A stretch of DNA of 64,000 bases from Naegleria gruberi (Eukaryota), in NCBI GenBank assembly GCA_000004985.1, contig GG738847.1, one strand, 5' to 3'. The position numbers and the translations under genes were made by a program. The notes beneath the pieces are model-generated. The model ran no database searches. It was not told the DNA's origin and saw only the letters and a list, made by a program, of their open reading frames with translations. Shown one piece after another: positions 1 to 10,752 of this stretch; within the stretch, counting starts at the first letter, position 1; each line of letters opens with the position of its first letter.

Positions 1-732
1 TTTGTTTGCAAATCTATCATATTCATCAATTAATACCATTAATTTGCCTTTTCTCTTGACTAAAAGTTGGATAAGTTTTTGATAAGTATCAAATGAATCA
101 TTTTGATTAATGCTAACCTCACCACCCATACCATAACATTCCAAAAATCCTTCAATGGTTGTATTGATTTTTGTGTGAAGTCGTTGATTAATATCATCAG
201 CAGTACCATCAACTTGAATAGAAAAATCTAACTTTAAAACATAATATTGATTCTTTCCAGGTGTCCAATTATTTTCATCACCAATCCATAAACCAGAAAA
301 TAATTCATCAAATTCATCTTTCTTGTTAATATCATAATATGATGAAAGCATTGATAATAATAGTGATTTTCCCCATCTCGGAGGACGAACAAAAAATAAT
401 TGTTTTCCACTTTCTTCTAATAGAGGAATTAAATTAGTTTTATCAACATAAAATTGTTTACTTCTTCTGATGGAAGCAAAATCTGATTCACCATATGGAA
501 AATATGGCACCAACAAATTTCCGTCACCAATATTTTTAAATTTAATATTTTCAACATTATTTGTTGTTGGTTTTAATGTATTTGAATAGTTTTTAGTTTG
601 ATTCACTCTATTAATTGTAAACTTGTTAATATCATTAGTTAAATTATTAATTTTTAATATTGATCTGTTGATTTTGGGTGATGCAGTAAATAACTGCAAT
701 CTATTGATTTTACGAAGGAAGGTATGTTTCAT
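1..732 (-). CDS. AAA-ATPase-like domain protein (PF09820/DUF1703-type N-terminal domain); partial, C-terminus runs off the window start
   Basis: My minus-strand translation from the ATG (revcomp of 730-732) reads MKHTFLRKINRLQLF...GESDFASIRRSKQFYVDKTNLIPLLEESGKQLFFVRPPRWGKSLLLSMLSSYYD...KLMVLIDEYDRFANK. The FxxIRxxxxYVDKTxxIxxLL...FxxRPRRFGKSL pattern is the signature of the bacterial-type predicted AAA-ATPase family. The ORF is open to position 1. Confidence 0.6.
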   Translation of the reverse strand, partial: MKHTFLRKINRLQLFTASPKINRSILKINNLTNDINKFTINRVNQTKNYSNTLKPTTNNVENIKFKNIGDGNLLVPYFPYGESDFASIRRSKQFYVDKTNLIPLLEESGKQLFFVRPPRWGKSLLLSMLSSYYDINKKDEFDELFSGLWIGDENNWTPGKNQYYVLKLDFSIQVDGTADDINQRLHTKINTTIEGFLECYGMGGEVSINQNDSFDTYQKLIQLLVKRKGKLMVLIDEYDRFANK

Positions 733-2685
733 ATTTTTGATGATTTTTTTTTTAAGCTATTTGATGGCACCGTTGTGATGATTGTGATGGTGTGGAAGAG
801 GAAATCCTACAAAGTTACATTGTTGGTGTTTATTTTAGCTTCATTGCTTATTGGTTGCGTTGCATGTGCTACCCGTTATGAATATTGGGTCATGTTCAAC
901 AAGTACATGTTGTTGCGCTACTCTGAAGGTAAAAGTTCTTGACAATAATCTAGATTATGTTAATTATCCATGTGGTTGGTATACATGCCTGGGCGAAACC
1001 AGGAAATATTGGATTCAAAGGGTTATTATTTGTCTTTGAGTGGTTGGACTTCTAATGGGTTCTGTGATTCTTCTTCTGTTTATGCCACCTGTGTGAGTGG
1101 TTCTTGTTTGGTGATTCTGAAATTGTCTCATTGCCGGTTTTGAGATGAGTAATGTTTGGTAACGTAATTGTGTTTGGACTTCAAGAAGATAAACAACCAG
1201 GCATCAAAGTAAACTTATCTCTGTAAATTTAAGGTAACAAATGATCATTAGACCATGTGAACTTGGGAATTAAATCAAAAATGTAGTTTTAAAAGTATTT
1301 GAAAGTTGGTTTGTTGTTTTTTTATTGTACTGTTGTGTTCCCTTTTTCCTCAAGGGTATTGTGATGAAGCTGGTATACCCTTTAGAAAATGCAAACTTAA
1401 ATAAGCTACCAATCTCTTCAAATATAGAGCTTCTAATATTGATGAAAGCTGGAACAAAATTGTTTCCTGTTGTGGACTTCAAACCTTGGTAACATGAAAA
1501 GAACAATATATAATGTTCAGCTCTTCTTTTCCTGTGCCAATAGTTTCTAGATTTAAAACAAATTTACCATCTATTTCTAATATTAATGAATATCTATCTT
1601 CTGATATGGCATTGGAAGGTTTCTTCCTGGGAGAATTTTTGCAGGTTGCATTGGAATCCATTGCAGATGCTACTTCAATGGTTAATGGAAACAAACTTAT
1701 TAACTATATTTATACAAGCCAACAATTGGTGATAAGAGAACAAAAATATGGGTTCTTCAATAGAGATGACAAGAGAAATCCATTATGTAATATGGGACTG
1801 AGAGATAGGTTTTTGTTTGAGATTAAGAACTTTAACACAAATATGGTATCAACAACAACTTTTCCAAAGCAACAATGCTGTTTGCAAGACTTGTTGGAAA
1901 ATCCAAAATCTGTTACCTTTACAAGACTTAAACAAATTGTGAGATTAAAGAGATCAACATGACTGAAATGTTAACAATAGAACTAGTAGATGATTTCTCG
2001 AGAGGGATTATTACAAATATTAACCATGTTAACAATTTACACAAATATTCCTATCAGTTTCAATTCCTGACCCAATTCTACAATATACTGATATTATTCA
2101 CTCATAAATGAATTGATCACAAGACAACAAATTTTTAAAATATTTTGAAAACCTTATTTTCACAACAAAATTCATCTTTTCCAATTTTACAAAATTATTG
2201 AAATGGTTTGTTGTGACATGTATGGATGTCTACTTTTGTGATTGCTTTTTATGGAATTTTCGATAGATGTTGACATATTGAGCTTGTTCATTACTTCTTG
2301 TCAGCCACAAACAATGAGGTATTGCCATTCTGGAGAATGATCTCAAACGGTACCAGTCAATTTTGAGTGATCACTTTTTGAAACAATCAATAACTGTAGT
2401 TGTCCAACATATTGTTTAATAGTATTATTGTAATGTTTCGTTTAGTTCAGTTTAATTCAAAGGAACTTGATACCTCGTTCCAACATCTCCCTTTTTACAT
2501 TACGCAAGCCTTACAGAAGTACTCGCACGAACTCTTTTCAACGTATTAAACTGTAGACGAAACACATTTAAACTTTACAATAGTCAACTTGAAAATGTGT
2601 TCAACACTTTACCCAACACAAATTCCAAATTGCATGCAATTAAAAATGTATCATTAATTAAATAGTATCAAAATCTTAAAAAAAA

Positions 2686-4416
2686 ATGTCAAGACAAGAA
2701 GTTAACCAAACCACAACTCAATTCTATGAAATCCACAAAAATTACGATTTGATTCAGGAGGAGAGAATTAATCAGGTGAATTTTCTCATTCCCAATCAAG
2801 AGATTCAAATTTCATCAACTATTCATTCTATAAAACTCTATGATGATGCGAAGAAGGAAGTAGTAATTAATGATGATCGGAATGAAAATATAAATGATCA
2901 GGAAATTAAACAATTGGCAGAGAAGGGAAATGATGTGATGAAAGGACAAGAGGCTTATAAGAATGTTGATCATTTGTTTGTTTTGAATGAATTGCTTCAT
3001 CCTGATGAGTGTTGTCAAATTCTCTCTATTGAAAAGAAGCAAAAAAAGCAATTGGATGAAGTAAAGAGTCTTTCTAAAGATTTCGAATCAATTCAAGCAG
3101 AGTATCCTCCCGAATACAGAAATAGTAGCCGAATTATTTATAATGATAAGGAATTAGCTCAAAGATTGTGGAGAAGAATGAAGAAGCACTTGGTGAGATA
3201 TACATTTGTTAGACCTTATGGATTGGATAATGGTGGACATTGGATTCCAGTTGGAGTGAATGAATGTTTTAGAATGAGCAAGTATGAACCTGGAAATTAT
3301 TTCAAACCTCATGTTGATGGTCAATTTGTGAGAAATACGGATGAGAGAAGTGTTTATACTTTATTGATTTATTTGAATGAGGATTTTACTGGGGGAGAAA
3401 CAAGATTTTTGACAGTTGTTAATAATGTGGAAGAAGGACAAGGTTTGGATTCAAGCAAAAAAGTGAAGAAATTGTCAAGATCTGATAAGAAAATGGCAAA
3501 GAAAAAGTTTGCCAAAGAGGCAACAAAACTGAATCGTTTCAATGACAATCCAGAAAAGAGTTTAAAAGAAAATTCAACTTTACAATTCAAACATTTGTGC
3601 TCAGTTTCACCAAAAATAGGATCTGCAGCAATTTTCAATCATGATTTGTATCACGAAGGATGTCCAGTCACGAATGGTATCAAATACATTCTTAGAACTG
3701 AAATCATGTTTAAAAGAGTTGATTCGAATAGTGTTGTGAAAAATAAGAATGACACTAAGCTCTATAACCAAGTAATGGCCATTCTCAAACAGAGTGATGA
3801 TTTGGAAAAGAAGGGTAAAATTTACGAATCCACAGAATATTACAGAAAAGTTCAGGATTTATTAATAATGAATGGTCACTCCATGTCCTTATTGATGGTT
3901 CCAAAATTTCAAAGAAAATCAAATTTTTCAGATAATCAAACCGAATCTTACGACAATGAGTTGAGTATTCTTCCTGATGAAACCCTCAACCACATATTCT
4001 CATATCTACAAGATTCTGAAATTTGTACATTAATTTTACCTCTCGATAGATATTTTCATTATTTTGGAAGAAATAATCATTTGTGGGAATCATTGTATAT
4101 GCACAGATGGGGAAATAACATCACTGAACTATTGAAACGATTGTACAGAAAGAAAAACTTAGAGCTTGGTCAACTAAATAGCGTCGATAACACAACATCA
4201 ATTGATGAAACTCCCACGCTTGAAAATGATCAAAATTGGTACCATATTTATATAATGAAGAGATATTTCGAGAAGGAATTTGAACCAGTATTTTTGGATG
4301 TTGGATATGATCGTTCTAATTTGTCGAGCATTAGTGGAGAGTTCAAAAATGTGAGATCTCTAATGTACAGAACCAAATTCTCTCAGTATGTACATTTTTA
4401 TATTCGACATCATTAA
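2686..4416 (+). CDS. 2OG-Fe(II) oxygenase (prolyl 4-hydroxylase-like) with C-terminal F-box domain
   Basis: 576-aa ORF with an A-rich Kozak context (aaaaaaaaATG). The HVDGQF (His-x-Asp), YHEG (second His) and KYILRTEIMF (basic 2OG-binding residue) motifs are spaced as in P4H-type dioxygenases. Near the C-terminus LSILPDETLNHIFSYLQDSEICTLILPLDRYFHYFGRNNHLWESLY is a canonical F-box. Confidence 0.7.
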   Translation: MSRQEVNQTTTQFYEIHKNYDLIQEERINQVNFLIPNQEIQISSTIHSIKLYDDAKKEVVINDDRNENINDQEIKQLAEKGNDVMKGQEAYKNVDHLFVLNELLHPDECCQILSIEKKQKKQLDEVKSLSKDFESIQAEYPPEYRNSSRIIYNDKELAQRLWRRMKKHLVRYTFVRPYGLDNGGHWIPVGVNECFRMSKYEPGNYFKPHVDGQFVRNTDERSVYTLLIYLNEDFTGGETRFLTVVNNVEEGQGLDSSKKVKKLSRSDKKMAKKKFAKEATKLNRFNDNPEKSLKENSTLQFKHLCSVSPKIGSAAIFNHDLYHEGCPVTNGIKYILRTEIMFKRVDSNSVVKNKNDTKLYNQVMAILKQSDDLEKKGKIYESTEYYRKVQDLLIMNGHSMSLLMVPKFQRKSNFSDNQTESYDNELSILPDETLNHIFSYLQDSEICTLILPLDRYFHYFGRNNHLWESLYMHRWGNNITELLKRLYRKKNLELGQLNSVDNTTSIDETPTLENDQNWYHIYIMKRYFEKEFEPVFLDVGYDRSNLSSISGEFKNVRSLMYRTKFSQYVHFYIRHH

Positions 4417-4773
4417 CCTTATGTTTAGTTATAGCGTTTCTAGTTATTCCAACTATCGGCTGACAGAATCTGCTGGATATGCGAGAACCAGGCCCATCAC
4501 TGAAACTGAAATAGCCGCCAATTTTCACATATTCATTGTTCTTTTGTTATCCCAATTGAAGAAAACACCTCAGAGACATCCGATAGTTCTCAGTTTATCA
4601 CCAATATTGATGAAAAATTACAAAATCAATGAAGAGAAGATTAAGGATACGCTTGTAAGTTTACTATTATGGATTCAATCCTTTTCTATTAATCGACAAT
4701 AATCCAGTTTAAAAACAATGTTCCAGCTATATGCATACTCCCTAGATGTTACTTATTATCGATACATTATGAT

Positions 4774-5253
4774 GTGAGAACTTGTCTTGTGATAGATATT
4801 AATCAAGTTTGTTTGAGCGTCCATACAATAATTGAAAATGATATTGACACTATTGAATCACTGTATTTTGAATTTCCAAGGGTGATGGCAGGGTTTGAAA
4901 TTGTACCATTAATTTTTTCAGATGTTCATACAGAGGACTCCTTCGATAAATGTAAACTAGTTTCCATGATTGACCAAATACTTGGCCAATATCCAAACGA
5001 AATTAGATTCAAGCTCTCTGAAAACATCATTCTCTCTGGGGAAGTTATTGAAGATCAAAAGCAATTCATGGATTTCCAAAAAGAAGTCAAAACAAGATTC
5101 AACTCTAATTACTCTCGATACAAGATCAAGTTCACTACAGAAGGATCAGAAGCAATTAAGGGAGCAATATCCTTCTCAAAACTTCCAAACTTTAAAGATT
5201 ACTTTTCATATTGGTTTAATTGTGTGGATACTCTAAATAGGAATGGTATTTAA
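4774..5253 (+). CDS. hypothetical protein; start uncertain
   Basis: The track ORF starts at GTG. The first in-frame ATG is at 4885 (MAGFEIVPLIF...), about 122 aa. An A-rich ATG at 4718 lies in another frame and could be a short 5' exon, but I could not find a consistent splice. No recognisable domain. Confidence 0.3.
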   Translation: MRTCLVIDINQVCLSVHTIIENDIDTIESLYFEFPRVMAGFEIVPLIFSDVHTEDSFDKCKLVSMIDQILGQYPNEIRFKLSENIILSGEVIEDQKQFMDFQKEVKTRFNSNYSRYKIKFTTEGSEAIKGAISFSKLPNFKDYFSYWFNCVDTLNRNGI

Positions 5254-5256
5254 GGT

Positions 5257-6675
5257 TTATTCAGTATCCTCGAGTAAGAATTCAGCAATTTGTTCCTTCA
5301 TTTCCTTACGTGTTAATTGATAAGAATTTTGAATATATGATGGGAATGAATCATCAATAAAAACTTCACTGGTCAAGTCTGTAATGGCAACCTTTCCTAT
5401 TGATTGAGTATTTTGAGAATTCGAATAAGTTAACATTCTCTTGCAACCAAAACAACAACATGTTGAAAGCGACAAGTCTTCGGAGGTTGATTTAGCATCC
5501 TTCAAGTCTTCCTTTGAAAGGAAAGATCCACACATTGAGCATCTAATCTTATTTTGATCTGGAACCTTCAGTTTTTCAATAGTTCTCAAAATTGCATGAA
5601 CAGTCGATGGGAAATCCTTTTGTAACATTGAAATGAAATCTTCAACAAGTCTATTGATTGTACTTTGTCTTGCTCCTGCTTTGGTTGTGAGATTCTTAAC
5701 AAAGACATACTTCTTAATACCAGTCCAGTGATTGTACATGGCCAATTCGTTAGATAAAAAGCTACGAACAGGTCTGATATATGTTATCACTGGATCAGTT
5801 TCTGGGTTAAATGATGGTACATTATTCATAGTCTTGTCTTCGAGAACAATTTGTAAAGGAACAATATATCCTCTTCCCTTTGAAATTTCACTCAAAACAT
5901 TAATAGCCATATGATTAGCACTTTCACCTGTCAATACTTGCTTAAAGTTCTTTTCAACTGCAAATTTGTAAATGCATGTCTTGACCATTTGACTAATCAA
6001 ATCTTCATGAACACTCATAGTATTGAATTGTCTGAAAATGAAATCCTTCATTCTTTGTTCATCACCATCAAATAACATATCTTCAATTGATCTAATATGA
6101 ATAATATTATTACTTTCATCTAAATTTGTACAAAAATCTCTAACTTGTTGACGAACAGACTCTCTTTCTTCAGAATTTAATCCTAAAGCTCCAGTAACAT
6201 CAACAAATAAATATTCCCATTTGAAATGCAATTTCCAATTAGGATTTGGTGAAACGCAATTATGTAATAAATTAGCAAGTGATGTTGAATTCATTCCACC
6301 ACTAAAACAAACTAAAACTGTATCTCCCTTTGCAATTTTTTCATTTAAATTAATTTTAAATTGTTTGTGATTACTTTGAATAAATGTTTGTTTGTCAACA
6401 GGAACTCCTCTTCTTCCTTTGATTGCTGGTTGTCCCTTTACAGCTTGTTGTTTAGCAGCTTCTCTTTCTTCCTTGGAAGGTTTCTTTGGTGGTTGATTCT
6501 TTTTAGGTTTTGTTGTTGTAGTTGAATTATCACAATGATTATTACCGGAGCAACATTCGGTTGTTGTAGCTGGATGATTGGAAGATTGTACTTCCTCCGA
6601 GTTACCTCCACTATTTTGATGATGGCAATCACAAGAGTCAGAACATGAAATGTTGTTATTATTATCGGAAGACAT
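5257..6675 (-). CDS. cytoplasmic tRNA 2-thiolation protein 2 (CTU2/Ncs2)-like PP-loop family protein
   Basis: 472 aa. The N-terminus is low-complexity (N, S and Cys/His-rich). TVLVCFSGGMNSTSLANLLHN resembles the degenerate PP-loop of CTU2 (KVLLAWSGGPSSSSM). The C-terminal Cys cluster CSMCGSF...STCCCFGCKRM fits the CTU2 zinc-ribbon. ATG at 6673-6675 follows a poly-A run. Confidence 0.55.
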   Translation of the reverse strand: MSSDNNNNISCSDSCDCHHQNSGGNSEEVQSSNHPATTTECCSGNNHCDNSTTTTKPKKNQPPKKPSKEEREAAKQQAVKGQPAIKGRRGVPVDKQTFIQSNHKQFKINLNEKIAKGDTVLVCFSGGMNSTSLANLLHNCVSPNPNWKLHFKWEYLFVDVTGALGLNSEERESVRQQVRDFCTNLDESNNIIHIRSIEDMLFDGDEQRMKDFIFRQFNTMSVHEDLISQMVKTCIYKFAVEKNFKQVLTGESANHMAINVLSEISKGRGYIVPLQIVLEDKTMNNVPSFNPETDPVITYIRPVRSFLSNELAMYNHWTGIKKYVFVKNLTTKAGARQSTINRLVEDFISMLQKDFPSTVHAILRTIEKLKVPDQNKIRCSMCGSFLSKEDLKDAKSTSEDLSLSTCCCFGCKRMLTYSNSQNTQSIGKVAITDLTSEVFIDDSFPSYIQNSYQLTRKEMKEQIAEFLLEDTE

Positions 6676-7118
6676 TTTTTTCTATCGATTCAATAAAACA
6701 AGTGCAAGTTGAGAAATGATGACAACGGTAATAGTGATGAATAAACATATCAATTGCTAAATGAGTTGAATTTTCAAGAATATACTATGGATAATAATCA
6801 TGATCACAACATGTTGAGCTTATTTGAAAGTTTCCAAGAAGACACAAGATGATTATATGAGGGTTAAAGGCAAAATTGAGTTCTTATTATCGTAAATTTA
6901 TGGAAAGGGATTTGTTTTACAAATTGAAAAGATAAAAGGGAATGGAGAAGGATGGAAAATACTATTTGCTACTATTAATTAAATTACTCGTATTAAATAA
7001 TATGGAGTAAACAATAGAGGGTCTAAACACATATTGTTGTTATCTAAATAGAATGTTGTTTGAAATAAATAAATTTCTTATTCTAACAAAATATTAAACA
7101 ACATTAATTGAACAAAAT

Positions 7119-7808
7119 CTAATCAATTCTAATGCAATGAAGGACATTCTTCTTTCCTTGTAATTGATCTTCAAAGGTCTTAAAATCAAAGGTAAATTGG
7201 TCAGCATGTGAAGTCAAGATTGAAAGATCACCCTGCTTTGTGTTACCAGTGATAGAACCATGGTTGAGAGACTCTTTAAATTGTTGTCCAATACGTACAA
7301 TAGCCTCGTCATTAGACTTATCACCAACCCAAATGTTCAATCTAAATTGTGATTTACGAACAGCAACACAACCTCCAGTGATAATTTCACCATCATCAAA
7401 GAATTCACCAATGAGAGCCATAGCTAAATTCATCCACCAATCGTTAACATTGCACTTCTTTCTCAAGAATGGGAACATCCACTCTCCTCCGTGGATATTC
7501 TTTGGGTCTTCCCATTCAGGCCTGATACCATCTTTCAAGATGTAGTAAGCGCTACCAGTTTCAAGATGAGTAGGAGGTTTAATATGGTTGAAAACACTCC
7601 AGAAATCTTCAACATATTCGAAGGTGTATACTTGAATAAATTGTGGTGGATTATGATACCATAAAGTCCATGATTGTTGCAATGGATGTTTTTGAGCAAA
7701 TTCAGGGTCTACATTTTCTTCGTAATGTTCTTCAGCAATGTCTTCTGCAGGATGTTGTTGATTGTCAATTTCTTCACTGAGTAGGGATCCACTGCTTGTT
7801 CTTTGCAT
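7119..7808 (-). CDS. eIF4E: eukaryotic translation initiation factor 4E
   Basis: 229 aa. HPLQQSWTLWYH, FKDGIRPEWEDPKN and GGEWMF are the conserved cap-binding Trp motifs of eIF4E. Confidence 0.8.
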   Translation of the reverse strand: MQRTSSGSLLSEEIDNQQHPAEDIAEEHYEENVDPEFAQKHPLQQSWTLWYHNPPQFIQVYTFEYVEDFWSVFNHIKPPTHLETGSAYYILKDGIRPEWEDPKNIHGGEWMFPFLRKKCNVNDWWMNLAMALIGEFFDDGEIITGGCVAVRKSQFRLNIWVGDKSNDEAIVRIGQQFKESLNHGSITGNTKQGDLSILTSHADQFTFDFKTFEDQLQGKKNVLHCIRID

Positions 7809-8510
7809 TTTTTTTTTGTTTGAAGTTTTTTGTATTAATTTTTCTTCTCCCTTCGCAACATTTCAAAAATGGCAAGACTGAGGCTTGTCTGCAACTCATC
7901 AACACAATAATTATATTCATTTGAATCATAATAATTATAAGATGACATCATTAAATGATGACAATTATCTTTTGCAAACAACATTACGTTTCAGTTTGTT
8001 ACTTTCACACTGTTGCATTTCAAAACCACCTCGTTAACATTACGACCATATTGTTGTCTTCAAGAGATATGTGAATCTTTAGTCTTTCCTGTCTCTACAG
8101 TTAAATAATAATATATTTAATTGGTCCATATGAATAGCAAATTGGAAAAACAAGGCTCCACTGCCTACCATTCTTATTCATTGTGCCGTATGGAGAGATT
8201 CTCATTCTAGAAAAAATTGTGTGTAATTGAATAAGGTCATCGTTGGCAAAAGATTCACATTCTGTAGAACGCAACACAGTGAGCGAATAAATCCACGCAC
8301 TTGCCGCTTTTTGTAAGCACGTCCAAAAGAATGAATATTTCCATATTTTATTCCTAATTGCCGGTTGTCTCTGTTGTTTACAATGAAGATGCAACCATAC
8401 AATGAAATATACGGTATATTAATATTTCTGTTAAGGAATTTACTGATTTTAAGAATGATAATTATCGTTTTTTGAAATTGCATAAATATTGAAAAAATTA
8501 AGAAAAAAAA

Positions 8511-10745
8511 ATGTCGCAATTGCTGCAACACATTATTCTCAATGATGAATATATTCTCTCTCATATTTTATCTTATTTGAAAGTCGGAAATGTAATTTTG
8601 CTAGGAAGAGTATCGGGTACATGGAAGGAAATTATTCAAAAATTGTACTTTTTTCAATTTGAAGAGTTTTATTTGGATCAATATTTTGCAGAGTATTTTT
8701 CATTACGGGGGAGAGAAGGATCGATCAATCGTAGTGAAGGCATTGATGTTTGGAAAGGAAGGATGATCAATGTATTATCCAAATATCTTACGAATATACA
8801 AATTAGTTGTGGTACTTTTCAAAGTGTTACAGTGATGAATTTATTTGAAGACTTTATGTTGGATTTAAAATTGATAAAGAGCGTTTGTGCATTGTTTCCT
8901 TCGATAGAGGTATTTAGGATTTCATTTCCAGAGGAGAATGATCCAGCCAATTTTGTTGAAATTATTGAAATTATGATATCCCTGTTGGGAAATTTAAAGG
9001 AAATTCAAATAATATCTTGTGCTAGCCGTTCAAGCGGGGTTGATAACAAGTTAAATCAAAAAAGTATAATTCAATTGGAATTATTGAGCTATTTTGATGA
9101 ATTATCTAAGATGCATACCTCAATTTCGATTAAATTATTGGATTCTTTGACATTTTATACATCTAACTTGGGAAGACTTAGATTAAAGCTCGTTGAAATT
9201 CAATCATTCAAGAAAAATACAGAATTACAATTTAACACGAGAGAGAACTATTTTCAACTAAGCAGCAATGATTATTACAATTTAGAAGAAATATTTTCAA
9301 CTGATGAGGAATTACTTCAATTACTTACCGAAAATGAATGGATTCTGAAATTCCAATGTATGGAGTTCAATATTTTAACAATAGCAATCCATTTGAACTT
9401 TATTGAAAGTATGAAATATATTATAAGAAAACAACCAGATACTCTATACAGAGGCATGATAATTAACTACAACACAACATTAGCAACATCTTTTAAGTGT
9501 TTAAAAGAAGAAAATATTATATACCTCTTAGAAAACATGGTGAAATTATATGAAAAGAGTGAGTGCTTTATTCGTGATGAGATACCAATGCTTTTCAATC
9601 ACAATATGAGGAATGTACTCAGTCCACTCGAGAGCATTAGTGCAAAAGGAGATATGACTAACCACTATTTGGAGCTCACAATGAAAATATTTGGAAAAAA
9701 CCTATTCCAAGATAAGATTCTAAAATATCAAACTGGTCTCAGTACTCATCACTACATTCTGAGATATTTAAGCAGTCATCCATTATTATTGAATCAAATT
9801 ACTTATTGGGATTTGGACGATGAAAATGTTCGATTATTACTTGGTCATATTGTTCGGCTTGATGAAGTCCTTTTTCAACGAGTGGTTAGGGAATGGAAAG
9901 GATTCAATGAAAAATTAGTGAATAACTATAAGCTTGTCGATAATTGCAAGCAAAATATTCTTCATAATTTATTTTCCCATCACGATGTTCTTAATACCTC
10001 CGTTCAATATCATCATTTGAAGAAATTGTGTCCAAATATTTCAGAACTATTGTTGCAGCCAGATATTCTCAATTTTTATCCACTACAGAACCTGTTTACA
10101 AACCATTTCTGCATTGAATCCCGCTATGATCTTGTGGAAGAGCTTGTGACAGATATGAGGTCATTGGATGAGAATGAAACTAGAAAAATATTGAAGCATG
10201 CTTGTTTTGAACACAAACATTTCACAGTACTTTATGCATTGGTGAAATTTATGGGAGGAATTGATTTTTTGGAGGTGGAAGACTTGAATTTTGCCATGTC
10301 ATGGCACGGAGCTAATAGTTTGAAGGCTGAGGGCATTAATCGCCAATACTTTAACCTACTCCAGAAGGGCTATGTGAACCCAAAAAGAGTTAATTCTCAC
10401 AAACAAACTCTTCTTCATCAAGTAGCACTTGCTGGAATCAAACACTCAGGTCTTTTTATATTATTGGCAGCATTTGGATGTGGAGTTGATGATTTAGATG
10501 AATACGGGAACACTGTTTCACATTACTCTATTCCAAAGAACCAATGCTTACTGAAGAAAATGGGAGCAGATCCAAACATTTACAGCTTTTCAAAAAGAGC
10601 GTATTCATTCACGCAAAGGACGGGAAGAAATCTTTCTCCATACACGAAAAGGAGAATAGATAGAGTTTTAATTTGTCCAAGATGTCTCAAATATTTCACA
10701 TATTTCAGATCTGTTAGACATCATAATTTACATTGTAGAGATTAG
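8511..10745 (+). CDS. F-box-like / ankyrin-repeat protein with C-terminal C2H2-type zinc finger
   Basis: 744 aa. The N-terminus LLQHIILNDEYILSHILSYLKVGNVILLGRVSGTWKEII is F-box-like. Ankyrin-type repeats follow (HKQTLLHQVALAGI...GVDDLDEYGNTVSHYS...GADPN). The C-terminus is CPRCLKYFTYFRSVRHHNLHC. Poly-A Kozak context. Confidence 0.55.
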   Translation: MSQLLQHIILNDEYILSHILSYLKVGNVILLGRVSGTWKEIIQKLYFFQFEEFYLDQYFAEYFSLRGREGSINRSEGIDVWKGRMINVLSKYLTNIQISCGTFQSVTVMNLFEDFMLDLKLIKSVCALFPSIEVFRISFPEENDPANFVEIIEIMISLLGNLKEIQIISCASRSSGVDNKLNQKSIIQLELLSYFDELSKMHTSISIKLLDSLTFYTSNLGRLRLKLVEIQSFKKNTELQFNTRENYFQLSSNDYYNLEEIFSTDEELLQLLTENEWILKFQCMEFNILTIAIHLNFIESMKYIIRKQPDTLYRGMIINYNTTLATSFKCLKEENIIYLLENMVKLYEKSECFIRDEIPMLFNHNMRNVLSPLESISAKGDMTNHYLELTMKIFGKNLFQDKILKYQTGLSTHHYILRYLSSHPLLLNQITYWDLDDENVRLLLGHIVRLDEVLFQRVVREWKGFNEKLVNNYKLVDNCKQNILHNLFSHHDVLNTSVQYHHLKKLCPNISELLLQPDILNFYPLQNLFTNHFCIESRYDLVEELVTDMRSLDENETRKILKHACFEHKHFTVLYALVKFMGGIDFLEVEDLNFAMSWHGANSLKAEGINRQYFNLLQKGYVNPKRVNSHKQTLLHQVALAGIKHSGLFILLAAFGCGVDDLDEYGNTVSHYSIPKNQCLLKKMGADPNIYSFSKRAYSFTQRTGRNLSPYTKRRIDRVLICPRCLKYFTYFRSVRHHNLHCRD

Positions 10746-10752
10746 AAATAAT

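Noticed and set aside
724-1039. Plus-strand ORFs 724..942 and 851..1039 from the track
   Set aside because: They overlap the start of the minus-strand AAA-ATPase-like gene or lie in its upstream region. They have no domain, odd composition, and the first one starts at a TTG-type codon.
2815-3638. Antisense ORFs 2815..3051 and 3369..3638 inside the oxygenase/F-box gene
   Set aside because: Low-complexity products of AT-rich antisense sequence, fully nested in a well-supported gene.
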